Below the pieces are notes generated by a model. It did not search any database. It was not told the origin of the DNA and worked only from the letters and a program-made list of their open reading frames with translations. 64,000 nt of DNA, taken from Mycobacteriales bacterium (GTDB lineage: Bacteria > Actinomycetota > Actinomycetes > Mycobacteriales > QHCE01). The stretch covers positions 16,529-80,528 of the forward strand of contig JBGTNI010000050.1 in the NCBI GenBank assembly GCA_041743105.1, in the 5' to 3' direction. Of this stretch, positions 28,639 through 38,463 are shown one piece after another. The first letter of the stretch is position 1. Every line of letters begins with the position of its first letter. The position numbers were made by a program, and so were the translations under genes.

Positions 28639-29958
28639 ATGCAGTCAGCTGATCTATTCGATGCCGCAACGCCGTTGGAGCCAACGAGCGCACCGCTGGC
28701 GGTACGGATGCGGCCCCGGATACTCGACGAGCTGATTGGGCAGCGGCAGCTCCTGACTCCCGGTTCACCGTTGCGTCGGCTGGTCGAAGGTGACGCGCCC
28801 ATATCGGTGGTGCTATGGGGACCGCCAGGATCCGGTAAGACCACCATCGCGCAGATCGTGTCGCGAGCGACCCGACGTCGGTTCGCGCAGCTGTCAGCGA
28901 TCTCGGCCGGCGTAAAAGAGGTTCGTGCCGTGATCGAGCAAGCGCGACAGCATCGTGCCACTGGCGCGCAGACGGTGTTGTTCATCGACGAGGTACACAG
29001 ATTCTCCAAGACACAGCAGGATTCACTGCTAGCCGCGGTAGAGGACCGGACCGTCGCATTGATCGCCGCGACTACCGAGAACCCCTATTTCGCCATCGTT
29101 GCGCCGCTGCTGTCTCGGTCGCTGCTGCTCACCCTGGAACCGCTGAACGACGACGATATCGCCACGCTTATCGCCCGTGCGATCAGTGAAGAACGTGGCT
29201 TAGGCGGCGCTGTATCGGTCTCTCCCGATGCCCGAGCGCACCTGGTGCGTCTCGCGGCTGGCGATGCCCGGAAGGCGCTGACGGCCTTAGAGGCCGCCGC
29301 TGGTTCCGCGGCTGCCAAGGGTGAGACTGTCATCGACCTGGCAACCGTGGAGCAGGCGGTGAATCAGGCGGCGCTGCGCTATGACCGCGACGGAGACGCG
29401 CACTACGACGTGATCAGCGCGTTCATTAAGAGTATGCGCGGCTCGGACGTGGATGCGGCGCTGCACTGGTTGGCACGGATGATCACGGCAGGGGAGGATC
29501 CCCGCTTCATCGCCCGTCGCATCGTCATTTTCGCCAGCGAAGATGTGGGAATGGCCGATCCCACCGTGCTGCAAACCGCAATCGCGGCGTTTCATGCGGT
29601 GCAACTGGTGGGGCTGCCCGAGGCGCAGCTGAACCTCGCCCACGCGGTGATTCATGCCGCAACCGCACCCAAGTCCAACGGTGTTGTAGCCGCGATCGGG
29701 GAGGCCATGGCCGACATTCGGGCTGGCCGCACCGGCTCGGTCCCTGTCGCGCTGCGCGACGCGCACTACTCGGGCGCGGCCAAGCTCGGCCACGGCGATA
29801 CTTACCACTATCCGCACGATGACCCCTCTGGCGTCGTCGCGCAGCAGTACGCACCGGACGAGGCGCTGGAACGGCAGTACTATCGCCCGAGCACCCACGG
29901 TGCAGAGCGCGCCATAGCCGAACGCCTGGCCAAGCTGCGAAGCATCGTGCGCTCTTAA
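28639..29958 (+). CDS. rarA: replication-associated recombination protein A (AAA+ ATPase)
   Basis: 439 aa. Walker [10 protein letters not shown], Walker [10 protein letters not shown], and the MgsA C-terminal region ([22 protein letters not shown]). Confidence 0.9.
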   Translation: MQSADLFDAATPLEPTSAPLAVRMRPRILDELIGQRQLLTPGSPLRRLVEGDAPISVVLWGPPGSGKTTIAQIVSRATRRRFAQLSAISAGVKEVRAVIEQARQHRATGAQTVLFIDEVHRFSKTQQDSLLAAVEDRTVALIAATTENPYFAIVAPLLSRSLLLTLEPLNDDDIATLIARAISEERGLGGAVSVSPDARAHLVRLAAGDARKALTALEAAAGSAAAKGETVIDLATVEQAVNQAALRYDRDGDAHYDVISAFIKSMRGSDVDAALHWLARMITAGEDPRFIARRIVIFASEDVGMADPTVLQTAIAAFHAVQLVGLPEAQLNLAHAVIHAATAPKSNGVVAAIGEAMADIRAGRTGSVPVALRDAHYSGAAKLGHGDTYHYPHDDPSGVVAQQYAPDEALERQYYRPSTHGAERAIAERLAKLRSIVRS

Positions 29959-30818
29959 GCCACCGCACGCGCGTTGGCGACGAATCGGGCCACGCGTTGC
30001 GGATCGACAGGTTCGGTGACCACGCCGCCGCGCTTGAAGTGCGTTCCGACGATCACACCATCGGCGTGTGCCAGAATCGCACTGACGCTATCGGCGGTGG
30101 CGCCGCTTCCCACCAGAACGGGCAGCGCTGTGTGTTCGGCGACGAGGTTCACATCGGAGATCGCAGTGGCCGATCCGGTGCGCTCTCCCGACACGATGAG
30201 CGCATCCGCCAGACCGCGCTCTGCTGCGTCGATCGCATGTGTTACCAACCCTCGGTCGGCCAGCGGTGCCGCATGCTTGACGCTTACGTCGGCGAAAATC
30301 GCTACCCGCGACTTCAGGGCGGCGCGAAGGCGGAGCGTTTCGTGGCTGGCTCCGACCAGCAATCCCTGCTCGCTGACCATCACGCTGGTATGCACATTCA
30401 CGCGGATGAACGTTGCGCCTGTGGCGGTAGCGATAGCTACGGCGGCACCGGCGTCGTTACGCAGTACGTTCACACCCACCGGCACGTCGCTGGCGACCAC
30501 GATCTCGCGAGCGATCGCTGCGATTGCCGCGATGGTTTCGGCCGGTACATTCGTGGGATAGAACGGCGCATCGTGAAAGTTCTCCACGATCACCCCGTCG
30601 ACCCCGCCAGAGGTGAGCGCGTCGAGCTCGGCGAGCGCGTGGTCGAAGATCGGCGCCATCGGCCCACCGAAGCGTGGCGCACCCGGTAGCGGGAGCAAGT
30701 GAATGACCCCAATCACCGGCCTAGCTGTCGGGAAGAACTGCTCAAGCTGCATGGCTGCGAGTCTGCCGTATTCGGGGCCCCATTGTCCCCCTTGATCGTG
30801 CAATGCGGTTCGCGGCAA
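29955..30818 (-). CDS. BtpA/SgcQ family TIM-barrel protein
   Basis: [29 protein letters not shown].. is typical of the BtpA family. An alternative start is the ATG at 30752. The stop is convergent with the rarA stop and overlaps it. Confidence 0.65.
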   Translation of the reverse strand: MPRTALHDQGGQWGPEYGRLAAMQLEQFFPTARPVIGVIHLLPLPGAPRFGGPMAPIFDHALAELDALTSGGVDGVIVENFHDAPFYPTNVPAETIAAIAAIAREIVVASDVPVGVNVLRNDAGAAVAIATATGATFIRVNVHTSVMVSEQGLLVGASHETLRLRAALKSRVAIFADVSVKHAAPLADRGLVTHAIDAAERGLADALIVSGERTGSATAISDVNLVAEHTALPVLVGSGATADSVSAILAHADGVIVGTHFKRGGVVTEPVDPQRVARFVANARAVA

Positions 30819-30843
30819 GCGACAGCTTGGCAGAACGTCTCGC

Positions 30844-31635
30844 TTGTATGGTGATGCCGTGGTCTTGGTTCATGAGGAAGGTCCTACGCCGGATTCGTTG
30901 TCGGCTCGCCGTGCCGAGCTGGCGCACAATCTGACTCGGGTGCGGGAGCAGATAGCGCAGGCGTGCCAGGCAGTCGGTCGGACTTCTACCGAGATCACGC
31001 TGATCGCGGTGACCAAGACCTTTCCGGCTTCCGATGTGGCACTGCTTGCCGCGCTAGGCCTGCACGACGTGGCGGAGAACCGTGATGATGAAGCTCGCGG
31101 TAAGGCTGCGCAGTTAAGCGGCTCCGGACTTCGCTGGCATTTCGTGGGTAAGCTGCAGCGCAACAAATGTCGATCGGTCGTTACCTACGCAGATGTGGTG
31201 CACAGTGTGGATCGGCCACAACTGATCGAGGCGTTGGCGCGTGCTTCGGGTGAAGTGCGCCAAAACCCGTTAGGGGTGCTGGTGCAGGTCGATCTCGACC
31301 ACGTTGGCTTCAGTCGCACATCACGTACTGGTCGCAGTGTGTCGGAGGATCCGACACGCCGACGAGGGGGCGTTTCGCCAGGTGAAGCTATTGAGCTTGC
31401 CGGTCGAATTCGACGGTACCCGGAGTTCGTGCTGCTCGGGGTGATGGGAATCGCACCGCAGCATGGGGACTCGTCAGCGGCATTTTCGCAGCTGAGGGAG
31501 GTTTCTCATCGACTACGTGCGCTGGAAGAAACGGCAAGCTGGGTTTCGGCGGGAATGAGTGGTGACCTGGCTCAAGCAGTTGCGGCCGGCGCGACACACG
31601 TGCGTGTCGGCAGCGCGTTATTAGGCATTCGTTAG
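30844..31635 (+). CDS. yggS: YggS-family pyridoxal-phosphate homeostasis protein
   Basis: 263 aa. LIAVTKTFP (PLP lysine), HFVGKLQRNK and MSGD..A..AGATHVRVGSALLG. It has an ~18-aa insertion after VQVDLD. Confidence 0.85.
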   Translation: MYGDAVVLVHEEGPTPDSLSARRAELAHNLTRVREQIAQACQAVGRTSTEITLIAVTKTFPASDVALLAALGLHDVAENRDDEARGKAAQLSGSGLRWHFVGKLQRNKCRSVVTYADVVHSVDRPQLIEALARASGEVRQNPLGVLVQVDLDHVGFSRTSRTGRSVSEDPTRRRGGVSPGEAIELAGRIRRYPEFVLLGVMGIAPQHGDSSAAFSQLREVSHRLRALEETASWVSAGMSGDLAQAVAAGATHVRVGSALLGIR

Positions 31636-31787
31636 TCGGTTAGATACTGTGGCGAGAGCGAATGACACTTGTGTCATTCTCACTCAGTCCTTCTGGGCTT
31701 GGATCGAGCCAGGACTGGCCGAGTGTGATCGCTAGTGTCGAGTAATTGCGCCGGATGACAAGCCGGACGTATACGAAGGGACCGCCG

Positions 31788-32414
31788 ATGGGATCGCTGC
31801 GGAAGGCGGGGGTATGGCTCGGCTTAGTCGAAGACGACGAAGCCCGGGCCTACGAGCGTGACTACGATCGCGCCCATGACCGGGTTGAGCGGCGCTCGGA
31901 CTCTTACGCCGACGACTATGCCGACGACCTTGAACTAGAAGAAGATTTCGACGAGCCTGCGCCGGCGGTTCCGCTGCGTCGAAGCACGTCCCGTACGCCG
32001 GGACGCTCTGCCGGAGCGAGTTCGCCGATGCTCACCCAGGACAACCTGGCATTGGCGCCGCAGGTCGCACTACGCGAACGTTCTACTGCCCTGGACGACG
32101 CCACCCGCAATGGCATAGCCGACGACGTGGACTCGGAGTACCGCATCACGACTTTGCACCCCACGACCTACAACGAGGCCCGCGTCATCGGCGAGCATTT
32201 CCGGAGTGCCACGCCGGTCATTATGAACCTTACGGAAATGGACGAATCGGACGCGAAGCGTCTTGTCGACTTCGCCGCTGGTTTGGCCTTTGGGCTGCGG
32301 GGTAGCATCGAGCGGGTAACAAATCGTGTGTTTCTGCTCTCGCCGGCTAACGTTACGGTTACAGCTGAAGCTAAGGCTCGGATAGCCGAGGGCGGATTCT
32401 TCAACCAAAGCTAG
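31788..32414 (+). CDS. sepF: cell division protein SepF
   Basis: ATG at 31788 after [25 protein letters not shown]-terminus and a conserved C-terminal domain ([36 protein letters not shown]). Confidence 0.85.
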   Translation: MGSLRKAGVWLGLVEDDEARAYERDYDRAHDRVERRSDSYADDYADDLELEEDFDEPAPAVPLRRSTSRTPGRSAGASSPMLTQDNLALAPQVALRERSTALDDATRNGIADDVDSEYRITTLHPTTYNEARVIGEHFRSATPVIMNLTEMDESDAKRLVDFAAGLAFGLRGSIERVTNRVFLLSPANVTVTAEAKARIAEGGFFNQS

Positions 32415-32627
32415 GCCACCCACCAGAGGTCGCCGCCGGCGCCACGACTGCGCGGGACGCCCGGACCTGTCGCCTTGCCGGTGTACTCATGGCTGGGCTA
32501 GGCAAACCGCCGCCTCGGCCAGCGCGGTGTGCGAGACGACTATGAACTCACCGCAGGCAACCGCTTCCGCGGCCTTGGCAGTAACTTATTGACGAACGTC
32601 CTAAGACACCGTGGTTGGGAACCCTTC

Positions 32628-32924
32628 GTGTTGACTCTGCTGCAACTGCTGTTTCTCGCGCTTCACATCTTCGTGATCGTGCTGCTTGCGCGGTTGGTTG
32701 CCGACTATGTGTTGATGTTTTCGCGTCGTTGGCAGCCCGGTCGCGGTGCGGCGGCCGGACTGGAAATCGTGTGGAGTATCACTGATCCACCGTTGCGTGC
32801 GTTACGGAGGCTGATACCGCCGCTGCGGCTGGGACGTGTCAACCTCGATCTGGGGTTCCTGCTGTTGTTTCTGGCTGTGACGATCCTTGAACGAGTTGTC
32901 TTCCGACTGATGCTGTCGGCATAG
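32628..32924 (+). CDS. yggT: YggT family membrane protein
   Basis: About 98 aa from the GTG at 32628. Motifs ARLVADYV and DPPLRALRRLIPPL. Canonical position between sepF and divIVA. Confidence 0.75.
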   Translation: MLTLLQLLFLALHIFVIVLLARLVADYVLMFSRRWQPGRGAAAGLEIVWSITDPPLRALRRLIPPLRLGRVNLDLGFLLLFLAVTILERVVFRLMLSA

Positions 32925-33030
32925 ATCGTGACCGAGTCGACCACATAAAGTTGACGGGAGTTATAGCCGTTTCCGTGGGAAGCGGTATTCTCGACTCTGC
33001 CGATTAGATCAAGCGGTGCTAAGGAGAGTC

Positions 33031-33822
33031 ATGCCGCTCACACCTGCTGACGTTCACAACGTGGTTTTCAAGAAGCCGCCGATTGGTAAACGTGGCTATG
33101 ACGAGGACGACGTCGATGCTTTTCTCGACGAGGTCGAGCGCGAGCTTGCCCGACTGATCGAGGAGAGTAGCGAGGTCAAGGCGCACGGGGACCAGGCAGG
33201 CGCAAACGGTGCGTTGGCCTCCCCAGACGTTCGACGGCTAGCTGCCGAGAACACCGAGCTCAAGCAGCAGCTTGACCGGCTGCGTCAAGAGAAGCGACGA
33301 GCCGACCAGACGTTGCAGCAAGTGCAGCAGGAGATGGGATCCGGTGGCCCCCGTAGTAACGGGCTCACGGGCGAGACCACAGGTGAGCAGCAAGCCGTTC
33401 GAGTACTTATGATGGCACAGCGCACCGCCGATGAGCATCTGGCAGATGCTCATCGTGAGGCGGATAAGCTCCTAACTGAGGCTCGTTCGAAAGCAGACGA
33501 GCTCACACGCAACGCACGTAGCGCAGCTGAGCAGCTCGAACGCGATGCTCGACAGCGACACCAGGAGGCAATGGGCGGTTTGGAAGCCAAGCGCAGCACC
33601 CTGCAGAAGCACATCGAGGATCTAAAGGCCTTCGAGCGGGAATACCGGACCCGGCTCAAGGCATACTTGGAGGGTCAGCTTCGTGACCTTGACGTGCGTA
33701 GTCAGGCAGCGGAGTCCGATGGCGGTTCCCGTCCTTCCACCAATGGAGCAGGCAGCTATGCGCCGGCTTACGCGGGAGGCGCATCGTTCGGGCTGCCTGA
33801 CTCCAGGAGGCCGGCCGCATGA
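33031..33822 (+). CDS. divIVA: DivIVA/Wag31 polar growth determinant
   Basis: ATG at 33031 after [44 protein letters not shown] followed by coiled-coil sequence. Confidence 0.9.
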   Translation: MPLTPADVHNVVFKKPPIGKRGYDEDDVDAFLDEVERELARLIEESSEVKAHGDQAGANGALASPDVRRLAAENTELKQQLDRLRQEKRRADQTLQQVQQEMGSGGPRSNGLTGETTGEQQAVRVLMMAQRTADEHLADAHREADKLLTEARSKADELTRNARSAAEQLERDARQRHQEAMGGLEAKRSTLQKHIEDLKAFEREYRTRLKAYLEGQLRDLDVRSQAAESDGGSRPSTNGAGSYAPAYAGGASFGLPDSRRPAA

Positions 33823-33857
33823 TGCGTGCTGGTGGTTGTTTGGCGAACTGAGGCGTT

Positions 33858-35060
33858 GTGGTTGTATTCAGCCTGCTAGTCATTGTGATCTCCGGTGGAT
33901 TGCTTGCCGTCGGCATTGTCAGCGGAGATGACATGCTGGTCATCGGTTCGATCGTGCTGAGCCTCGTTGCGGCTATCGTGCTGTTTATCGGGGTCTGGCG
34001 GCAGCGGGATCCTGATGTTGAGTCGTCGGTTGCGGAGTCGTTAGAGGCGCAGTCGCCGGAGGCGAAGTGGGCAGATGACGAGGCTTCTATGGCGGGCAGT
34101 GTTCCGGTGAGTGAGAACACTGTTCGCGGGAATACTATGTCCGGCAGGTGGGATGCCCCTTCGGAGCATCCGGTTTCACCGCCAGGACGGCTGTCGTCTC
34201 GGGTGTCAGACGATAACGCGTCGGCCTCAACCGATGCCGCTGAGCGGCAACACAGACGGGGGTCCACGCCGGTGTCGAAAGCCGATCATGCTGCCTGGGC
34301 GCGCTCGGCTGTGGCTTCCATCACCGACACGACCGCCGCAGATGATGCCGGCGCGATTATGCACGACCGGCGAACGAGTTCAGTAGATGTGGCAACTGAG
34401 ATTCCACAATTGATGAGCGCGAGCTCAGCACCGAAGTCGGTGCCCCAGACCGACCCGCCACCGGCGACTAGCCAGATCGACGTCCAAGCTGGTCCGACGC
34501 AAGTGACGGGGGAGCCCGCCGAGGTTAGCCAGCAGTCCGACCCGACAGCGCAGCAGCGACCTCCCGAGGCCGCGACGGAGGTGGGATTGTCCCGCCCGAG
34601 CGTCGCCGAGTCTATGGTGTCGGCTGTCGATGTGGCAGCGCAGCCGCAAGACCCAGTCGGCCGCGCAATCCCAGGATTGGCCGGCACTGAAGATCACGTG
34701 GCTCATGGCGCCGAACCTTCGGCAGCTAGCGGAACGGAGCTGCCACCCACGCAGACCGCTACCCAAGCGATCGGTGGCGACAACGCCGCCACTGACAATA
34801 GCGACGCTGTTGATGCCTATTCCGACCCTCCCGATGAGCCGCCAGCGGAGCTGTTGTTGTCCTATGAAGAGCGCCAGCTCAGTGACTGCACCACGGAAGT
34901 CCTCGTGGTAGACGGACGGCCGCGATTCCACCTCGAAGGCTGCCCGCATTTAGCCGATAAGGCAGGAGAGCCACTAGTGCTCTCCGAGGCAGCAGAGCTT
35001 GGCTTCACTTCGTGCTCGCTGTGCGCTGCCGCGACAACCGTGCTTGCCGCACGCCGGTAG
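33858..35060 (+). CDS. hypothetical membrane protein with disordered A/S/P/D-rich region and C-terminal Cys/His motif
   Basis: 400 aa. Two N-terminal TM helices, then a long low-complexity segment, ending ..FHLEGCPHLADK..LGFTSCSLCAA. Confidence 0.55.
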   Translation: MVVFSLLVIVISGGLLAVGIVSGDDMLVIGSIVLSLVAAIVLFIGVWRQRDPDVESSVAESLEAQSPEAKWADDEASMAGSVPVSENTVRGNTMSGRWDAPSEHPVSPPGRLSSRVSDDNASASTDAAERQHRRGSTPVSKADHAAWARSAVASITDTTAADDAGAIMHDRRTSSVDVATEIPQLMSASSAPKSVPQTDPPPATSQIDVQAGPTQVTGEPAEVSQQSDPTAQQRPPEAATEVGLSRPSVAESMVSAVDVAAQPQDPVGRAIPGLAGTEDHVAHGAEPSAASGTELPPTQTATQAIGGDNAATDNSDAVDAYSDPPDEPPAELLLSYEERQLSDCTTEVLVVDGRPRFHLEGCPHLADKAGEPLVLSEAAELGFTSCSLCAAATTVLAARR

Positions 35061-35188
35061 CGCGCCTGCCAGCGCTGTGCTTGTGCGACCGCCCGTTCTC
35101 CCTGCTTCGCGGGCCGTCGCAGGCGTGCTGCGTCCCGGGCTCTGTCGCTTTGGCTTACAGTCCAATTCTTTTCTTTTCGGGCGAAGAG

Positions 35189-35217
35189 TTGACACACACC
35201 GTTTTGACGGGTAATCA
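35189..35217 (+). promoter_or_regulatory. sigma-70-like promoter candidate (TTGACA-17 nt-TAATCA)
   Basis: TTGACA at 35189-35194, a 17-nt spacer, then TAATCA at 35212-35217, about 47 nt upstream of the ATG at 35264. Confidence 0.3.
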
Positions 35218-35263
35218 CAGCACATCGAAAGTTAACACCGTCTCAACTTTCTAAGGGGGCACC

Positions 35264-35791
35264 ATGACCGAGCACTCCACCGCGGTGCGTAACAACCTCC
35301 GCGGTAGTACCAAGCAACCCGTTCGCAGCAAGCCTCGTAACGGTCACCGGCACGGCGGCGCAGCCCAGCAAACCCCCCAGAGCGTTACCCCCACACCCGC
35401 CGATTTTGAGCCTGTTGCAGCTGAGTCCGACGATAAGGGCCGATTCGGCCAGATCCGGTCCGACCTCGTACTACGCCACACGCAGCTGCACGAAGAGTAC
35501 CGACTGGCGATGGCTGAGCTACGGACGCTTCAGCGCGATCGACACGCCGATGCCTCTGGCGACGATCAGGCCGATGCAGGAACCAAGACCCACCAGCGGG
35601 AGCAAGAGCTTACGTTGGCCCATGGCATCCTGGACCGTATCGAACAAGTCGAACGTGCGATCAGCCGGATCGACGAGGAAACCTACGGGCAGTGTGAGCG
35701 GTGCGGAAACCAAATACCGATAGCCAGGCTGGAGGCGTTCCCATCGGCGACGCTCTGCGTGGGATGCAAGCAACGTCAGGAACGCCGCTAG
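35264..35791 (+). CDS. TraR/DksA family C4 zinc-finger protein
   Basis: 175 aa. C-terminal CERCGNQI..(17 aa)..CVGC. Sits upstream of lspA, as is common in actinobacteria. Confidence 0.75.
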   Translation: MTEHSTAVRNNLRGSTKQPVRSKPRNGHRHGGAAQQTPQSVTPTPADFEPVAAESDDKGRFGQIRSDLVLRHTQLHEEYRLAMAELRTLQRDRHADASGDDQADAGTKTHQREQELTLAHGILDRIEQVERAISRIDEETYGQCERCGNQIPIARLEAFPSATLCVGCKQRQERR

Positions 35792-35925
35792 AAGGTCCCC
35801 GCCGGCGTTTTACTGCTCTTGAGCCGCCTTACCTTCGCTTTCTTACGCGGCGGCTCCTGCGGCCTTGGCAGAAACCTACTAGTGAACAACGGCGTTCTCG
35901 TCGTGCACGGGACATATTTGTCGCG

Positions 35926-36426
35926 ATGGCGCTGCTCGTCCTTGCATTCGATGCCGCCACCAAGGTATGGGTGGTCGCCCAGTTGATCGATCGGCCACCG
36001 GTAAAGCTGCTGGGCGGATGGGTGTATCTCACTCATCTGCGCAACACCGGGGCCGCTTTCAACATCGGGGACGGCTTCACAATACTGCTGTCGATTACGG
36101 CCATTGCGGTGGTGATCTATGTGGTGTGGTTATCACGGCGCCTTGTGTCGGGAACGTGGGCGCTCGCGTTGGGGCTGATCGCCGGCGGCGCTACCGGGAA
36201 CCTTGTTGACCGTTTGTTGCGGGCTCCAGGCCCCTTACGCGGCGGAGTCGTCGACTTCATCAGCATCGCCGACCCGTCGAATCCGCCGTGGCCGGTGTTC
36301 AATGTTGCCGATAGCGCATTGGTGGCCGGCGTCGCCGTGATTGTGACCTTGGAGCTGTTCCGGCGCAAGTCGGGCTTTCGCCCCCTGGGCAATCCGACAG
36401 CAGCTTCTAGGGGCGATGGCGCATGA
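35926..36426 (+). CDS. lspA: lipoprotein signal peptidase II
   Basis: Motifs FDAATK, NTGAAF, GNLVDR and FNVAD. The start is uncertain: the ORF is open from 35701, and the first ATG after the dksA-like stop is at 35926. Confidence 0.8.
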   Translation: MALLVLAFDAATKVWVVAQLIDRPPVKLLGGWVYLTHLRNTGAAFNIGDGFTILLSITAIAVVIYVVWLSRRLVSGTWALALGLIAGGATGNLVDRLLRAPGPLRGGVVDFISIADPSNPPWPVFNVADSALVAGVAVIVTLELFRRKSGFRPLGNPTAASRGDGA

Positions 36427-37355
36427 GTTTGCAGCGGAGTCTGCCCCTACCGGAAGGGTTAGCGGGAAGCCGTGTCGATCAGGCTCTCGCACGACTGTTC
36501 GGCCTCTCGCGCACGGCTGCCGCACGCATCGTGGAGTCCGGTGGCGTAGTCGTAGACGGCGTGGTTGTCGACAAGGCCGCGCGACTGCCGGCCGGCGTCT
36601 GGCTTGAAGTGAACCTCCCCGAACTCCAAACCCGGCCCGATGTGGTGACAGCGTCGGCAGTGCCGGGTCTAGAGGTACTGTTCGCCGACGAGCACATTGT
36701 GGTGGTGAACAAGCCCGTGGGAGTGGCTGCTCACCCGAGCCTTGGGTGGACCGGTCCCACCGTCATAGCGGGCCTTGTGGCGCTGGGTCACCGACTGGCC
36801 AGCGGCGGTCCGGCCGAGCGTCAGGGAATCGTGCACCGGTTAGATGTGGGTACCACCGGCGTTATGGTCGTTGCGAAGAGCGAGTCTGCGTATTCGGCAA
36901 TGAAACGAGCATTCGCTGCGCGCACAGTGCGTAAGTGCTACCACGCGCTGGTTCAAGGACATCCCGATCCCACGTCCGGCACCATCGACGCCCCCATCGA
37001 TCGACATCCGCGCCGAGACGCGATCTTTGCTGTGGTTGCCTCCGGTAAACCCAGCGTCACCCATTACCAGACGCTGGAGGCGTTCCCAGGCTTCACCCTG
37101 CTGGAGGTTACGCTGGAGACAGGGCGCACCCACCAGATCCGGGTGCACATGTCCGCGCTGCGACATCCATGCGCCGGTGACCTCGCCTACGGTGCCGACC
37201 CGACGCTTGCCGCCAAGCTGCGCCTGTCTCGGCAGTGGCTGCACGCCCGGCGTCTGAGCTTTAGCCATCCGGCTACCGGGGAGTCGGTGGAGTTCTCGGC
37301 ACCCTATCCCGACGACCTGGCGCAGGCCTTAGCGATCGTGCGCGCTGACGCTTAG
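36423..37355 (+). CDS. rluD: RluA-family 23S rRNA pseudouridine synthase
   Basis: ATGA overlap with lspA. S4-like N-terminus and catalytic [15 protein letters not shown], followed by ..[10 protein letters not shown]. Confidence 0.85.
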   Translation: MSLQRSLPLPEGLAGSRVDQALARLFGLSRTAAARIVESGGVVVDGVVVDKAARLPAGVWLEVNLPELQTRPDVVTASAVPGLEVLFADEHIVVVNKPVGVAAHPSLGWTGPTVIAGLVALGHRLASGGPAERQGIVHRLDVGTTGVMVVAKSESAYSAMKRAFAARTVRKCYHALVQGHPDPTSGTIDAPIDRHPRRDAIFAVVASGKPSVTHYQTLEAFPGFTLLEVTLETGRTHQIRVHMSALRHPCAGDLAYGADPTLAAKLRLSRQWLHARRLSFSHPATGESVEFSAPYPDDLAQALAIVRADA

Positions 37356-37618
37356 CCTCAATCGACAACGCCTGATGTTGTAGTCATACCATCGCAGCGA
37401 TGTTTATCGAACTCACTGATCGTCATGTAAACCCTATTGCCATGAGCGTGACCACAGGGCCGGTTTTGGGACCGAAATGCGGCCGTGCTGTCACGTTCAT
37501 GGCGTGATCCAGGCGAACTGCTCTGCGGGAGTCGGTCTGTTCAGCGCAGCCGGGTCGTTGGCTGCGGTTCTTAATCAGGTTGCCGATAAAAGTATGCAAA
37601 ACGTGGTACTATAAATAT

Positions 37619-37867
37619 ATGGATACCGTGACCAAGGTGACCGTGACTGTGCCAAGTCAACTCGTGCGTCAGCTTCGCGAAGGCGTGGGAGAGGGTAGGG
37701 CACGCTCAGTGTCGGCGTATATCACCGAAGCCATCGAGCAGAAGCTTGACCGTGACGACGACCAGACCGTGCTGGGTGAGATCCTCGCGGACCACGGAGA
37801 ACCCACCGCCGCGGAGAAGGCATGGGTTGTCGACGCCCTTTCCAAGATATATGGCAAAGCCGGATGA
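37619..37867 (+). CDS. ribbon-helix-helix (CopG-like) antitoxin
   Basis: 82 aa. VTVTVPSQLVRQLRE...SVSAYITEAIEQKL. ATGA overlap with the downstream PIN ORF. AT-rich upstream region. Confidence 0.65.
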   Translation: MDTVTKVTVTVPSQLVRQLREGVGEGRARSVSAYITEAIEQKLDRDDDQTVLGEILADHGEPTAAEKAWVVDALSKIYGKAG

Positions 37868-38244
37868 ACGGTGTCACCTTCGATGCCGGCGGACTTATCG
37901 CCATCGAGAAGGGCCGCTACGAGGTTGCCGCTCTTGCACAGAGCGTGCTCGCCCACGGTGACTGGATAGCAATTCCCGCTCTGGCACTGGCGCAGGTGTG
38001 GCGTAACGGCGCCAAGCAGGTGCGCCTTGCCCGGTTTCTCGCCCTTCGCGGTGTCGAGGTTGTCCACTTCACCGATGAATCCGCGAAACGTGTCGGAGAG
38101 CTCTGCGGTGTGGCGAATGTCTCAGATGTCGTTGATGTCTCAGTGGTGTGGTGTGCTCGGAAATATCGGCACAAGGCTGTCGTGACATCCGATCCCATCG
38201 ATATCGCGAGGATCGACCAGACGCTACGGCTGATCGTTGTCTAG
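37864..38244 (+). CDS. PIN-domain toxin
   Basis: 126 aa. FDAGGLIAIEKG.., ..DVVDVSVVWCA.. and VVTSDPIDI. Paralog of 59233..59616. Confidence 0.7.
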   Translation: MNGVTFDAGGLIAIEKGRYEVAALAQSVLAHGDWIAIPALALAQVWRNGAKQVRLARFLALRGVEVVHFTDESAKRVGELCGVANVSDVVDVSVVWCARKYRHKAVVTSDPIDIARIDQTLRLIVV

Positions 38245-38463
38245 CGCTCCGCTGGACGGTCAGCGGTTTCGTCCACGAACTTGACAGAATTGCTGTTTTG
38301 CCACCCAAAGCCGCGAAACTGTCGAGTTCGCCGACAGGAAGTTTGTTCTCAGCTCCTTACCATTTTCGGCCTTGCCGATGGCACCCGGCGTGGGTCCCAG
38401 CGCCGCGGAACGCCCGCTCTAAGCTAGGCAAGGAAGCGGGAGCAGGCGGGGGTGTCGTAGGCG

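Noticed and set aside
30844-31635. ~18-aa insertion in YggS (HVGFSRTSRTGRSVSEDPTR) as a possible novelty
   Set aside because: It is a loop-length difference at a variable position in a conserved housekeeping protein. Nothing indicates a functional change.
35701-35925. Possible N-terminal extension of LspA overlapping the DksA-like gene by 91 nt
   Set aside because: The extension is highly basic with no canonical start codon in frame after the dksA-like stop. LspA similarity begins near the ATG at 35926. I keep it only as an uncertainty on the start.
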